From Tubiluchus corallicola (lineage: Eukaryota > Animalia > Priapulida), in the NCBI GenBank assembly GCA_030141605.1, contig JAQGDQ010000004.1, positions 1,922,001 to 1,986,000 of the forward strand: 64,000 bases of DNA. Direction: 5' to 3'. A program made the position numbers and the translations under genes. Shown one piece after another: positions 26,874 through 49,657 of the stretch (position 1 is its first letter; each line of letters starts with the position of its first letter). The notes below the pieces were generated by a model. That model ran no database searches. It was not told the DNA's origin and saw only the letters and a list, made by a program, of their open reading frames with translations.

Positions 26874-27338
26874 GAAAAGATAAAAAGTGTTTGTGTTGCA
26901 ATTAATTACCATAAATCTGGATTTTAGTGGTATTCTGCCAGGTTAATTAATTCTGTGAGAATTGTAATGGCCATTCTGCTACCACGTATATATAAGTTCT
27001 GACTAATTATTTCTTTAGCCAACCAGATATGACACACCTACGTGAAAGATATTCACACCACTGACAAGCATGAAAAACAATAATTCAGTAATACAAAACA
27101 TTAATCAATAACACACGTGCTATGCATATGTATGACATAATCTCAATTAAAAAATATCGGGGAAAATTTAAATAAAACAAGACATACAAAAATAATACAA
27201 TAAAATAAAAAATGCAAAGTAAAAGCTAATATATAAGAAGCCAAAATGTAAAAATACAATAAAAAATTTTAAGTACAAAAATAAAAGTATGACAATACTA
27301 TACGCACTGTACCTGAAGAAGACAAAAAATGTGTAAAA

Positions 27339-27438
27339 GCAGTAGCAGCAGCCGCAGCAATAACAACCACCACAACAAAAGCAACAATAACAATCACAAC
27401 AACAACAACAACAGCAGCAGCAGCAACAACAATAACAA
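27339..27438. repeat. Imperfect (CAA/CAG)n trinucleotide repeat
   Basis: Directly visible; it produces the poly-Cys ORF 27168-27476. Confidence 0.9.
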
Positions 27439-30400
27439 ACATCCCTATCTTTTTCTATTTTTTCTATTTCTCTCATTTTAACTCTAAGTTATTCAGGGAC
27501 TTAGTTACTTTTGCCCTTTACGTCATATCTCACGAGTGCCTTTTCACATTTGTTCGTGTTTCTATTGTTAGATAAAATTGTGCTTATTCTTATCTTATTT
27601 ATCCTCGTCTTTTTTCCATTGTTATTTATAAACGTTTTTACCGTCCATTTTATCGTTATCACTTCTTTCAGTCTGTTTTTGCGACTTTGCGCTCTATACT
27701 CTTTTCATAACTTTCGTATTCATAGCAAACATTAAGCTGGTTCAGGCAAAGTTAATGTCGTTAATTCCACAGAGGGTGCTAATATTTTTATAGGGTCATA
27801 ATTACGCTTTTCGCTCAAATTAAGTCGTTTACAATGTAATGAATAATCGTCATTCTTATTAGTAAGACAGTAGTATGCACTGTACCTGAAGAAGATAAGC
27901 AAATGTGCAAAAACAGGATAAATAAAATCAATTTTTGAATCTTACGAATTCGTCTCAGAGGAAAAGTGACTTTATATTAAGATGTGACCAGAAAGCAAAA
28001 AAGTTATTTTTGTGGTTTGTGGTTGGAAATAACTTGGTTAATCACAGGCTAAAATGTGAGGTGTAAGTTCTGCGCTAGTCAAGAAAAGCTATAGAGGCCA
28101 ATGCAATCTTTAAAACTCCGGATAGCGCATTGAGGTATAAAGAAGAAAAACGAATATAGCCATTAACTGACACAAACATAACATAATTCTTAATGACATA
28201 AATAGTGACAATGAATTTTAAAATCTCACGATCAGAAAACAAGAAAAAAAGAAAATAAATCACATGGAATTGCAGTAAAGCTTGTATCGTTTTCAGTGTG
28301 ATAATTGAAAATGTATGTGTTAATGGCATAAATAAAAAGCTCCCCCAAAATTAGTATTAGTAAACCCATGTGGTTTATTTGCCTTTTTCTTTCACCTGAA
28401 GATAAAGTACACTGTAACGTTTGTGTCTTTTTTGCTTTTTCCGTTTGTGAGGTTTTTTAATTCATTAGTATTGAAAATCATAACAGAGCATTGAATAGGA
28501 GAATTACAGGTGCCCACGCTTATAGTAGCTATACGCTGAGGTTATAGCTATATTTTGTAATAGTGATTGCGCGATAAAAGTCAAATCTCTGTGATTGTAG
28601 ACCATTTGGAAGATTAAAAGTTTCAATATGTAATATTGAGTTGCTCACTTACGCTCGATCAAGCAGCTTAGGTTGAATTATCCCCGGTTTATGTAGCAAT
28701 TTCATTTAACGTTTTCGCATAATTTAAAAATAACAAGCAAAACGTGGAGGAGATGATAGGAGTAACAGTAAAATAAAACTACCATATAAGATTGTACAGC
28801 CTGATATGCTTGCTGTCCTGCGACAAATCTTATTAACTTTTCTATGGTTATTATGAACATGCTGGCTTTTCTTAAAACGGTTACGAAACCCTGAGAAAGT
28901 TACGTTTGGAGCTCAAGCTATAGGTTACACAATGTTAATAACTTTTCCGCTTTTAAACTTATTGCTAAGAAACTCTCTCTTGGTCTCAAAGCACAAGGAT
29001 TTTTTTCATTTAACATTTTGTGCTTTTTCGTTTTAGGATAACTTTTATAATTTTAAACTTGATAGCGCGTTTCTTTCAGCGCGTTCAGACTTTCACAGTT
29101 ATGAAATGAACTTTAAAACCAGACAGAATATCAAAATCATAAAAATTTATTTAGAATGCACTGAAGATACTAAAACGTCCACACGTTTTATTATGTGCTG
29201 GTGTCATCATCACTGGAATAAAGAACTACAACAACAATGGAACATATGTGGACTGGAATTTAGACCTGTAATTATAAATGGAACACTTTAACCCCCCCCC
29301 CCCCATAACAATCTTTAGGGGGCGGGTAGAAATTGGTTAGAGATGCGGGTAGTGTTAGAACAGTAACAAATGTGTAGAGCTGTCTTGAGTATTAGCGGGG
29401 GGGGGGGGGGGAGGGGGTTGTAAGGAAAGTTCAGAAAGTTTAGACTGCAGAGGTAATAATAATGAAATTGTTGATGTTTGATTGACGTTTAGTATTGTTG
29501 CAATGCGATCCAAAGTTTAAGAACGTAGAGCTATAGAGTTTTACCAATTAGCTGGGCATTGAAATTGAGATGAAACCAGTTATGAAATGTTTTTGCTGAT
29601 TCATAAATTTACAATTTTTTTTGTTTCTTTTTAGATATTGTTCCAAATCAAAAGTTTTATGGCAAAATACATAAACGAAAGGCAAAACTTCAAGATGTTC
29701 CCACTTCTTAGTGAAATTTGTTTTTCAAATGTTAATGGCCTGCGAGAAGCATTTATTAGCATAAATAATTGAATTATTCATTACTGAACAGACAGTGAAT
29801 GAAACGTCACCTTTGCCATGGCATGGCCATCGCGATTTTTATTTAGTATTTTTACTTTTTTAGCATCTTTAAATAAAAAACCACAACAGTTTGTATTACG
29901 TAGTTGCTGGCAAATGAGCTTGCAAAATCACTACACTGAGTTTGGAAGGTAAGGGATTAAAGCGTAACGTTAAGTTGCGAGTTTCTAACATAAATCTTCA
30001 CGATCGTAAATCGATCGCGACGCAGGAGTTGAAAGTTGGCAAGTGTTTTAGCGACAAGTATGAATAGAAGAAGACTAAATATTTGATGAATGAAAGGACA
30101 GTAAGATTTAGGTCAGTTAAAAGGTGTGGGAATCTTATCTTCATACTAAGCTTCAGCAATACTAATGTACAAAAACGATCTTCCTTGTTGCACATCAACA
30201 AAAATGTTGTGAACAAGTTGTTAAACTGTACAAGTAATCTTTGAAATAGATGGACGACTACTTTGTTCATTTGTGTTTCATCAATGCTCTTTCACTTGTT
30301 TGTTTTATGCTCGTTCGTGCGTTTTTTTTGCTAGTTTATTCGTTTGTCTGCCCAACTGTCCGTCCGTCCATGTTTGGTCGTTTGCGGTCATTTTTTATTG

Positions 30401-33400
30401 TGTATTTGGGAATTATTGACTACTGTATGGTGATTGGTTCCTATATAGATTTTTGGGTTGTTGTTTGAATGTTTGGCTTGCTTTTTGTTGGCTAGTTTGA
30501 TGGTTTCTTGGTTCGTTGGCTGGTTGGCTGTGGGTGGTTTGGTTGTTGTTTGAATGGGAATTTTTCAATTTTAAAATCGTACGAAACTTGTTTTCTTTTT
30601 AATAATGCATAAATGTAACAGAAGTGATCAAAAGTAAGATATGCTTTTAATTATTACTGAATTTTATGGAAAGCGCCACATTGTGCATGACGACGCGAAT
30701 TATTTCCTTTTGGACTGTATTTTTGTTCCTTTATTATAATTATAGTGATTGTTCCCCATTGCCTGTTTTAGGTTATTTTGCTACCTGATATTAGACCGAT
30801 TTTAGTTTGCTTATTTTCCTACTATTTTGAATGTCTTTATGACCGGTGACACGTTACTTTGTTTAGTGATAAATGAGTGAGTTTAGTCATAAATATTGAA
30901 CATATAAAAATGACAGGTGTTAACAGAATAACCTACATACTTGTTTAAATCAAAAATGGCCGGAAGAAGTCATTGTAAAATACTGAACCAAAAAAGTACA
31001 TATTTTTAGTAATTTGATAGTAAAAAAAACTGATTTACTGTATTTGAATCATAGTAAAGAGCGGTAGCTATGCTCTTCAAATTTATTTGAAAATAGCAGG
31101 ATACCCAATAAATCATTATATAATTCCTTTTGGACTAAAATTTGATAGAATTATCTAAGACTCATGTCTATATTGAAGTGACGTTAGAAAATATCTTACA
31201 CGCGAGGCTTAACAGCAAGATATACAAGTATATATCTAGAGTTGATGTGATTAAGCTCATTGTGTTAATACAATAATCCGATGATACCCGCATAAGGCTT
31301 CTTATTATGCCGCATTTATATTACTGCATCAAAATATCCCATAAAGTTGGGACTTGGCCGTTAGGCGTACCAAACATACGCCCAGTGACTGTAGAAAATT
31401 TACTGTCATTATGCATGTTACTCAATATACTAGCTTATGCTGAGAATCTTCGTGTATAAAATGTATTAATACTTAATGTAAGTTAACTTCGCTCCCATTT
31501 TAAATCTGTTCCATTATGCCTGTAGACAGTGTTCTTTGTTAATTGGCGAAGGAAACTAATTAAGCTAGCTTTACAGGCGGTTTATGGTCATTATGTTACA
31601 CATTCATGCACATATTGTAACTACGTGTATTAAAAATTGCTCTATAAATTTTTGAATTCCTTTCATTAAGATAAAGGTTAAGATGACTATTTCAAACAAA
31701 ATATGAAATGGTCTTTAATGATAGGAGTGTTGCGTGTTTATGTGTTTATGTCATAACGGTAGACATTTATTTATCTTTTTAGCGAAATTACTGACGTCTT
31801 ACAGGGCAAATTTGTTCTTCAAATCCCATAACGAAAGCAGTAATCAAAATTATAATACAATAAAATACAATCCTCCACAAGGTGCAATCTTAAAAACATG
31901 TATACGTTAATAAGTAATAGAGGCTAATGCAGACATGAAAAAGATTTTATATTGCTCGTTAGAAGATTACAATTTCATTTAATTTCATCTAACAACAACA
32001 ACAACTACAACAATAATAACCTTTCTATTATGCGGCTGAGACGTATGATCTATTCACTATTCAGTTCTCCCAGCTAAAATGCCATAATGAAACTTGGAAC
32101 TACTCTACATGGTTAATTAGTCATTCTTTAAAGATAATATTTTTAAAAGTGATCCAAAGTATCTTAAAGCTCTATTCTTTTTTTTGCAGAGCAATAATTC
32201 CTAAAGAAGCCACTTTTCATTCAAATCCTCAAAATGGACATGGCACAGAATTTGCGACAGAACGAAATATAAATTCCACCACTTTGGGTTCTACTTGGCT
32301 GCTGCAAATCTGTAATAGATAACTCAGCCAATGCTGATGCAAAAATTACGTTAACTAGCTGCAGACTTTTCTGTGCCTAAACGAACATTGAAAATACGAC
32401 ATCATAAATCAATGTTAATTCTAACAGGATATCTATAAAGATTCGGAAAACGCTTTGCAGAAATTGAATGTAGTTGGATATCAAAGATTGGCAATAACTG
32501 TAAATCACGTAATTACTCTGTTCTCATTCATTGCTATCATTAAAGAAATTATAGATAGACACTGTGAAGGAATTTAAATTTTCATTCTCATTTCGGTTTT
32601 CCGTTCTTTAACTTTACACGCGCAAGTGTGCTTGCGTATTCTCTTGCTTCTGACATATTTCACTAATGCATGAACTCTTTTTACTTTTCACCTTTCAAAT
32701 TATAGTAAACTGCGCGGGAATCAATATTTCGAACTTGCTAATAGTTTTTGCACATCATTAATGGAATGTGCTAATAGCACAATGTTTTATATCTAAAATA
32801 TCATTACTATCAACTGTGCAACAAAGCAGTGATGCTAATTTATTGGTTAGTAAATGTATACTCTGTATTTTATAAACTTTTTTTGAGTATTTGGGTAAAT
32901 TTATTGGCGTCTGTCTGTATTCATGTAATAAATAAATTAACTACCTTCTGTTTTTAAATTCTTGCAATGTTACATGCTTTTACAACGGGCGAAATACATT
33001 TAAAATAAAGAATAAACGAATAACATTCAGTGAACTAGGCAGGCGTCAATTAATAATACAACTAGCAAAAGAAGCAAAAATTTTCACAGTATTCGATTTT
33101 TTGTAGTTATTACCAGTAAATCTTCTTACCGTAAACAGGTGTTAACAAGCTCGTTTTTGTATACGTTGTCCACAAAATTTAAAATTCACTGCGTGAGCTT
33201 TCAAGTTACAATATCTTTCGCTTAATTGTTAGAATAATTTTACAGATCGAAAATAAACCAAGCAAACGGCGACTTTTTTGAACAGGTGCTAAATATTTTA
33301 TATTAATATCAGAAGTAGCTGTGCGATTTTGAAATTTCATTAAAAATCAAACTGCACATCTCGGGAACATAAAAAAAAGAGATGATTAAATCATCTTAAT

Positions 33401-33563
33401 CTAATCGCTCGAATGTTGATGACTCCTTCAAACGCACAGTGATCCATGAAGTGAAAGGTAAAAAGCGTTATGCTTTAGATCTAATTAAGAAATAAAATTT
33501 GCCAGTTTTAAAATATAGTCTTATTCTTGAGCGTTTCTCTCTTCAGAAAATTAGTGTTTCACT

Positions 33564-33859
<296 letters not shown>

Positions 33860-36800
33860 AGTAAGTGAAAGAGAAAATAAGGTGAACCCAAGAAGACTAC
33901 AAAGGAGCGTCGCTGCTGCTTCTAAAAGCTCGTAAAAACTCAATTTTCATTATTTATAGTTCCACTTTTTCAAGTTTTGCGAACTATTAAAATGACGTTG
34001 TGAGTTCTTGATAAAGATTCAATAAATTGCACCGTCGCAAATGTGAATTCGTTTAAATTAATTAAATCTTTTATTCACTTTAAATGCCTTAAAAATAATT
34101 TTTGAATTATAGTGCAATCAAATGTAAATCAGATTTTATCTGTCAAATTCTTGGAGACTTCGTAGGAAAGTAGGGAGAAGAAATTAATCTCCTTGAAGTA
34201 AATTCATAACTTGCATAAAATAACTTGTAATTTGTCTTTCATAATTTTGATGACTAGAAAATGACTGAATTCATAACTTACCCAATTAACACAGAAAATG
34301 AACCAAAATAGTTATATCTCGTCCACCGTTGTAAACTTGTTTTTGCCAGTATCCCAATCGTATTACCTTCCGTAATTCTATATTAACCGCTTCAATTGCT
34401 CTTTCAATTAATTTATATAAACCAAATTAATTAATTAGCTTTCAGCACAGTTAGATAATTTGGCACGTAAGTCACAGGTGAAAAAATTCGTTAATTAATA
34501 TCATGTTCATGGTAACAAGTTCTGCGTCTCAGTGTGCTGGCTGCTGTCTATCAGCTGAAACTATCTGCGCATTTGAAGCCACGGTACAACATTTTCTGCC
34601 AGGTGGTCTTTTAGCTTCTCTACAACACGCGTGGGTCGCAGTTCATCTGTGGGTGAACAGGATATTCTAAGGCAAACGATTTAATTGCGAAACAAAAGGT
34701 CTCTAAAAAATAACAATGTCAAAAGATTCATTCAAAATATGGTCACACATATTAGTTGCACTTTCAGCCAGCAAGTGCGCAGCGTACATCACGTAACTCA
34801 TCGTTTGCTATTTTCTAGTTTGTTTTGAACAAAGAACAAAAAGTGTAAAAAATCTTCAACAAGATCAGTAAATTTTCACATGCGCTCAAAATACTCGCCT
34901 TGAAGTTTTACATCGTCTACGTGTAATGTGGCTGCATGCACAGTTCATGTTTCGCTTGCGCGGTGGAAAAACAGAAAACTGGAAGTAAAGAAGTAAGAAA
35001 TAAAGTCTACGCTAACCTACTAGACACAAGTGACACACAACCACTTTAACAGTTGTTAATGAAGCGAGTCAGGTATGTGTCCGGGGTCAGTAAATGACGT
35101 AAACAGCCAGAATCACTCAGGAATATTGAACCAAGTAATCACCAATCCATTTACTAACCAGTTCGAGACATCAGAGCCGTTCACACTCGCAAATTTCCTC
35201 TCAGAGAGAAAACCCGTGATAAAAACTCGCTAGATCACCAAATATATGCATTGACTGTCCATCTTTTCTCCATCGCTACATTATAGCAAAAGAAAGCCTA
35301 GCAGTAGATAACAGACCAATAAGATGTATAACGAATACTGCGTGTAAAACAGCGTAACTAGCAGAGCATATTATGTATTTTTATCGGTTTATACCATACC
35401 ATAACCAAATGGTGCATGTATGGAAAAATTTTGTTTTGTTAATTCTATAAAGTAGTACTTTTCAAATTAAAAGTTCACTTTCCGTGTTTATGTTTTTTAC
35501 ATAGTTTTGGAAACTATTCGGAGTTATCACATCTAAATACTACTCAAACCTTTGTTTTCTTGACTCTAGATTTAAAGGATCACTTATTCTTTGCAAAAAG
35601 TCTATGGAACACAGGTGAAGGGTTTTTTGAACCTGAAGTGGTGATTTCAGCACTTGGTTTTCCTTACAATTCTACCTCCATCTGTCAGTGATTATTGTCT
35701 GGTTACTATGCAACAGTGTGTAACAGAGTTTATATGTGAATAACTATTAATTTTATTTTGTCTGTGCATTTTCGATACCTATTGGTAACAATTGAAACTT
35801 TCAGTCATCGCGCAGAGTATCTTGTCATTTCTGATACAACGTCAGAAACCTAACTTATGTGCGCTTGAGAAAACGTGCCAATATGCTCCGAAACTACGAA
35901 GAACGTACGCGCATTACTGATAATTTCAGATTAATTCCGATTACGCTCAAAATACTTAGCAGAGGTTTTTTTTGCTATATGCTACTAATTCGTAGCTGTT
36001 TGCACTTAATTAACAAAACGGAGATTTATTAGCAAGCAGTAACAGAAATGAGAGTTGCTGTTACTGTATTTCTTCGTCCGCATAACTTTCAAAGAAGTCC
36101 ACTGCTTCTGAATAGCAGTTCTTAACAACAAGTGTTCTCTAACGCTCTTAATGCAATAACTAGCTCCGTTAGACGTTAGGCTTCTTCGAAAATATTTTCG
36201 TACTTTAGACAAATCTTCTTCTCATTGGTTCCTTTTTATTTGCTAAGCCAAAATGCAATGCAGTTCGTCCAGCAAACACATTGATTGAAAGTTACTGGAA
36301 TAGTCTGTATATAGCTTTTAATTGGTTTGGTGTATTTAAAATCTGGGTCAATATAAATTTATTTTTCTTGGTATTATTAATGTCACTATAATAGCAAATA
36401 AAATCGAAGACTGCTCAAAGGGACCCGGGAATAAAAGCGATGACAATGACAACAATGACCACAAAGACTTGAACTTCATCATCAATAATAGTAGTAGCAG
36501 CAGCAATTAGGCCTACACTAACAGCTACAGCAATAGTGGCTAATAACTCTGCATACCCTTATTGTATCATCGTTATTATACACTCAGCAGATTTGAGTCT
36601 GCATATCCAGATTTTTGCCCAACAGCCATTGTTACAGGGTATAGGATGCTAATTAAGACTATAGTGGCTATTTCAAATGCATGATTTTAATTGTCTTACT
36701 TAACTCATGCACGCGTTGTTCGCATTAGATAACAATTTGGTAATTTTAGTTTGAAGATTAGCATCGTAATGAAGAAATGAACTTACGCTTATAAATTATT

Positions 36801-38065
36801 GAAATCAATTTTATTTAATAAAAGGAAATACGATCAGTCTGGACTGAATGTGATTTTAATGACGAATTTACATGATGACGTCATTATTTCCGTATTAATT
36901 TGATTTCGAAAATTCGATATCTGTGCGGTTTGTTCCATCATTAGACAACCTGAATAGTACGTTATTTTTGTGTGTAAACTTTACGTACATTTTTTATTTT
37001 TGTGTGTAAACTCATTAAGTGCTGAATCACACAGTTTTATTCTTGCAATGTAGTTTGTCGTCGGACCGTTTTTTTAAAGATGTTCGTCACTCGTTAATTG
37101 CCATTTGCGCACGTTCGTTGGCTCACCTGGCTGCTTACTGCTAATTGAAGCAACCGACACAAAAGACATCATTTAACATCAAAGCAGAAGCCAAAAACTT
37201 CCATCGCGCAAGAAAGTGACGGAGTGTACGCATTATTTGCCTTCAAAGACGTAATATGTGACGTAAAAGACGTCTATATAAGTTTTTCAGTACTGTACTC
37301 AGAAAGTTCTCCCGTAAACCTCCTTTAAGACACTCTTTTGAATATTGTATGAGCTTGTTTAACTTGCTAGCCAAATATACACGACTACGACGGTTGTAAA
37401 ATTTTAAGCATTGAAATTATTGCTGGGTTTATAAAATTTGAAATTATTGCTGGGTTTATAGGCACGCACTTGGACATAAGATTGCCATCCAAAGCTAACG
37501 TCTATTAGACTTAAAAATGAACTGAAACCGGTAAGTGCATAAGCAAGAACATTTACATTAAAGAAAAAGCTAGGTTTTTGCAAAGTTAGGCTCATTTCAC
37601 TGTTCGCGAAAGATGTTAGAATTTAATAATAAAAATGAGATTAGCGCGTGTAATTAGTAGGTCAATTAAAAGCCGCTCCCATTTTGAATGTCTTCTACCA
37701 ATGACGTCGTTCACTGGCTGGAGGAAATCAATGCACTGTCAATTTCCACCAATAATTTAAAAAAAAAAAATGGATGCCATTTTTGTGATATTTTGCTTGA
37801 ATGTTAGGTAAGCTGCAGTGTAAGCAGGGCGCACTGACAGAAAGCCAAGATGCACTTGTTAAAAGTCACAGTCTACCAGTTGCGTCAGAATTCTTAAGTG
37901 AATAGCGGCTACCACCGCACCTTTCTATATAGCGGTAGTAAAAATTTATTTTGTTTTAATTTAGACGTTTGTTTTTGCAAATTTCTTTGTTAAATTTTCC
38001 CAAGTTAAAAAGATAGCGGTAAAATAAACCCAACATGCTAAACGACTTGTCCTTTTCTTTAATTG

Positions 38066-38066
<1 letters not shown>

Positions 38067-38114
<48 letters not shown>
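38067..38114. repeat. (TG)n microsatellite
   Basis: Directly visible. Confidence 0.95.
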
Positions 38115-38118
<4 letters not shown>

Positions 38119-38494
38119 TGTGCGCATGTGCATAGTGTGCGTGTATTGTAAATGTATAATAATTGTGCTTTTATTGTATTGTACATTCAATTCTTAATAT
38201 GCAAATCTATTTATTTATAAAGGTTTGTTGATAGTCATACATTTGGGGCAGCGGTGCTGTGATTGATACTGCAGTTCTGCACTTTAATAAGAAATGAGAA
38301 AATTGTTTAAAGAACTATAAAAAAATGTAACCTCCTTCGTGGAGGTAATAATTGATAAATTGAATGAAACTTAATTCATTGTTTAACAGGCTTAAAAAAT
38401 CTCTAACAAAGTACATAATATTTACTTGTAAGTTACTTTGTACAAATCATAAGTATGTATTCAAATTCCATCACGGTCTCACATTATGATGTTA

Positions 38495-38534
<40 letters not shown>

Positions 38535-40143
38535 CTCACTATATTTATATATAAGTATAATGACCCTTTTAGCTGCTTCTAAACCATTTAGCAATAAAAT
38601 GCTCTATTCGCTGTGTAATTATTAAAAAGAAACGTACTATATTATGCCACAGTTTCTTCCATCATTATTTTGAATGCGAGTTTTAGAGACAGGTACGACA
38701 ATTACCTTTTCATTCAATTAGGCATTTTCATTGTTTCCAAACACATCTGTAATATGCAAAGAGTCGCAGTTCAAGACATTAAGTACTTGCTAAGCAAATC
38801 TACTTTTGACACTACACTTAAAAATAGGTGGGAGATTACGAAATGAATGTGTTTTAAACACTATATCACACAATGTAGCTTGAAGAGTATCAGCAAAGTA
38901 TGACAGTAATTATGATTGCCTGAGGGACTTACCTGCAATAAAATGATTATCCAATTATTACTAAATGTCAGGAATATTATCAGGTACATACATAATAAAA
39001 GTTTATCTTTTGAGTTAATTACGCACAATTGTACAAAACGGATCAATACAATAGATTGATAAATCCCATACTCCACTTAACATGCTGACATATACAATAT
39101 GCTCTCCATATCAAACTGAAATTAAGTCAACTTGTCATAAGTTATGAAAAACACTTAGACATTTTGCATTAGACATTTTCACCATGCAAATATTGTACTG
39201 ACACAATAAATCAACTTGCTAGATTTCACATATGAATATTTTGGAGAAAATGTCTGCATACAAAAATTTCATTATGTGTGACATAATAAGCCATCAAAGT
39301 AACTTAATCTAGTTGTCAAGGAAAGTGGATGGTGGGAGAAACTTATTCATATTTATAAATGACTGTATAGCCTAATACAGTAAACACTCGATTTAGCTAC
39401 TGATATAGTAGAAATTGTTCCCATTGCTGATGCATAATTAATTAATGTACAAAATAATTGGCTGTTAAAAATGTTCCCATTTTGCAAATATATCTAAAAT
39501 ATCCCAGTTTGATCATCATAGAAAGCATTGCATCCAATTTTTTCCCCTAAAACCAAAATTAACGCCATGTAATCATTATACAGCTAAATATGTACACACC
39601 ATGGCATCTTTGACTAGGTAGTCATGAAAAAAATCTAAATATCCACTAAACTGGTGAAAAAAATATGAATTTAGCCGCAGAAAACATCGAGACTCATCAC
39701 CTAGCATAATAAAAAGCATCGTAAAAATAGGTTTCTAATACTTTTTATGATGAAGTAACTTATACACCCTACAGACAAATTTGTTTATCAATAATTTAAA
39801 AAAATACAAGTTCACCATGACTAAAAATCCACGGAAGCAACAACAATTGTGCCAATCTACTTTTTAACCAACTGATAAATTTATAAAAATAAGTACAAGC
39901 TACTTAAAATATCTATCTAGCACTGTTACAAAATATCTCATGCATGGTAATGAAAATATATGCTACGTTTGTAAGCTCAATTCATTTGCAAATTAAGTAC
40001 ATAATCTACTATTTTGCAATAAAGATATTGTGCGTCCATTTTAAACATGATCATAATCGAAAGAAATTGACCAGCAATTTGTCGAATAATGTGCACTGGT
40101 AAATGCAATATCCTGAGAGAATAAACAACATTAATTACGGACT

Positions 40144-47965
<7,822 letters not shown>

Positions 47966-48449
47966 TCTCAGTTTGATAGTACTAGGGTCTCAAACGCCAG
48001 TTTACACCTAAAAAGATTTATGAACAATGAAATATAGATAAAAGATTCACTTTTAACTACAAATGTACAATGGTATTTGCTAACTTCTGTTTTTTGTTTT
48101 TGTCTTTTCTTTCATTTGCTTTTTTACTGTAAAGTTTATCATAGCTTTTTTGTTTTGTCATTTTTACAATAGATTTTCTATCGCCAGCTTTTTGGCCTTT
48201 AATACTCTATAATGGGGGGGGGGGGTTGTTAAAATTTCACCTTTTGCATCTTCAGAGAGGTATGAAATATCAGTCATGCACATCTATAGGTCAACTAAGT
48301 TTGCATTATTGTGATGGTATAACTGCAACTCTAGTGGAACTTCGGCAATTATGCATGCACCAACACTGTCACATTAAATTTTGTGTGAAATTAATGCAGG
48401 TTCTAATTTGAATTGTACATGCTGTGAGAAAGGCAGCTATAATTATTCC

Positions 48450-48750
48450 TATCTATAAAGCAGTTGTTTGACACATTTTACAATACATATCGGTTGTATG
48501 TCCACCACAGTGCACTACTCTCAAGACAATGCTTCAAAACAATTAGTGGAAACACTATTCTGGCAAAACCTGACTTTTTGACAGTTCTCAGAGTTATATT
48601 TGGTCATCGGCTAGAAATAACATCAGATTTCACTTTTTTGGGCATTGTGTAGCTCAGCCATGAAACTGTCCCCCATCATCAACCATCAAGTGATTCATCA
48701 TTCCACAGTATCAAATTTCAAATGGCATTTGAGAGAGGGCCAGTTACAGG
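48450..48750 (+). mobile_element. 3' end fragment of a CR1-like LINE (same family as 53150-54330)
   Basis: It translates to CFKTISGNTILAKPDFL, against [17 protein letters not shown] in the 53270-53497 minus-strand ORF. TTTTTTGGGCATTGTGTAG..C.GCCATGAAAC is shared at the nucleotide level. Confidence 0.7.
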
Positions 48751-49279
48751 TAGGTACTCTCTAGGTTTTCATTTCTTTGGACAAGGCATTCTTGGATAAG
48801 TTATTTTGTATTAATCAGTGAAAAGTAGCTGACGAGATAGACTGTCAGGTAGTTGTCATCTCGTCAGCTACTTCTCATTGAAGTAGTACCGTACTACCAA
48901 AACTGTGGAACTACTGTCACTGAAGTGCACGTTATGCATAATACCATTACTACCGTGTTATACACCTATACGGTAATCTTTAATGAAAACAAATTTCATA
49001 CGAATCAAGTCACAAAATACATAGTTTTATTTATAGCAGGTTGAGGCCGCTATCCCTTTTCGTCCCTATAGCCATTCAGTACAATAATACTTGAACTTGA
49101 CCATTGATAATAATCAGTAACTAGTAATATAGTATAAAATAATAGTTAATACAGACCCTATTACTAAACTGTTTACATACTTACTGCTATGAACATACAA
49201 ACTGTACCGCTATCACTACACATAGACGGCAGGTGCTATTTTGAGTTTAAGCTGAACTGGAATTAGGAACTGTAACAAC

Positions 49280-49657
49280 TGATACCTGGATGATTGCCTC
49301 ACCTGACTAAACACGGTCAGCTGTTCCTAGTTTCTCGTGGTCTGATTACAAGGCATAACCCCTCGAAAAAAAATTTCCATTATAACCAATTCATTAACCA
49401 GCTTTGATAAATTTTAAAAAAAATAACGTCTGCAATTATCCTCTATTTAGGCTTATTAAAGAAAACTGGATATTTAATTTTTAATAACAAAACTTATAGC
49501 GGCAATTTTCCAAATTTTGCGTTTACAAATCATCCCGGCAGATGGCAAGGCAATAAAAATGTCTGTCTCTGACATAAACGTTTTTACACAGATCTAGATG
49601 GCCCGCAGTAGGTTTTGAGGTAGCAAAAAACATGATAGGTTTATAAGTCGATGCAAA
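49280..49657. promoter_or_regulatory. Putative bidirectional SQLE/MRPL13 promoter, including a candidate SQLE non-coding first exon
   Basis: A minus-strand donor CAG|GTGAGG (exon end 49303) could pair with the SQLE acceptor at 48007, and the MRPL13 ATG is at 49658. The region has an SRE-like ATCAGACCAC (minus, 49346-49337), a CCAAT at 49386-49390 and locally retained CpG. Confidence 0.5.

Noticed and set aside
27168-27476. Cys-rich ORF resembling a metallothionein or keratin-associated protein
   Set aside because: It is the reverse translation of a CAA/CAG repeat in low-complexity AT-rich DNA, with no gene structure.
27301-27915. Two ~40 bp direct repeats containing CTGAAGA (27301-27340 and ~27874-27914) as Penelope-type hammerhead ribozymes
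   Set aside because: The GAAA core box and a proper stem II are missing, so these are at best decayed repeat ends.
29290-29420. Poly-C and poly-G runs with G-quadruplex or hairpin potential
   Set aside because: They are simple homopolymers with no supporting context, and their lengths are assembly-sensitive.
34250-34270. TGACTAGA (miR-279-family seed) and TGAAAGACA (miR-71 seed, 6244) matches
   Set aside because: Only the seed matches; there is no mature-sequence identity or precursor hairpin.
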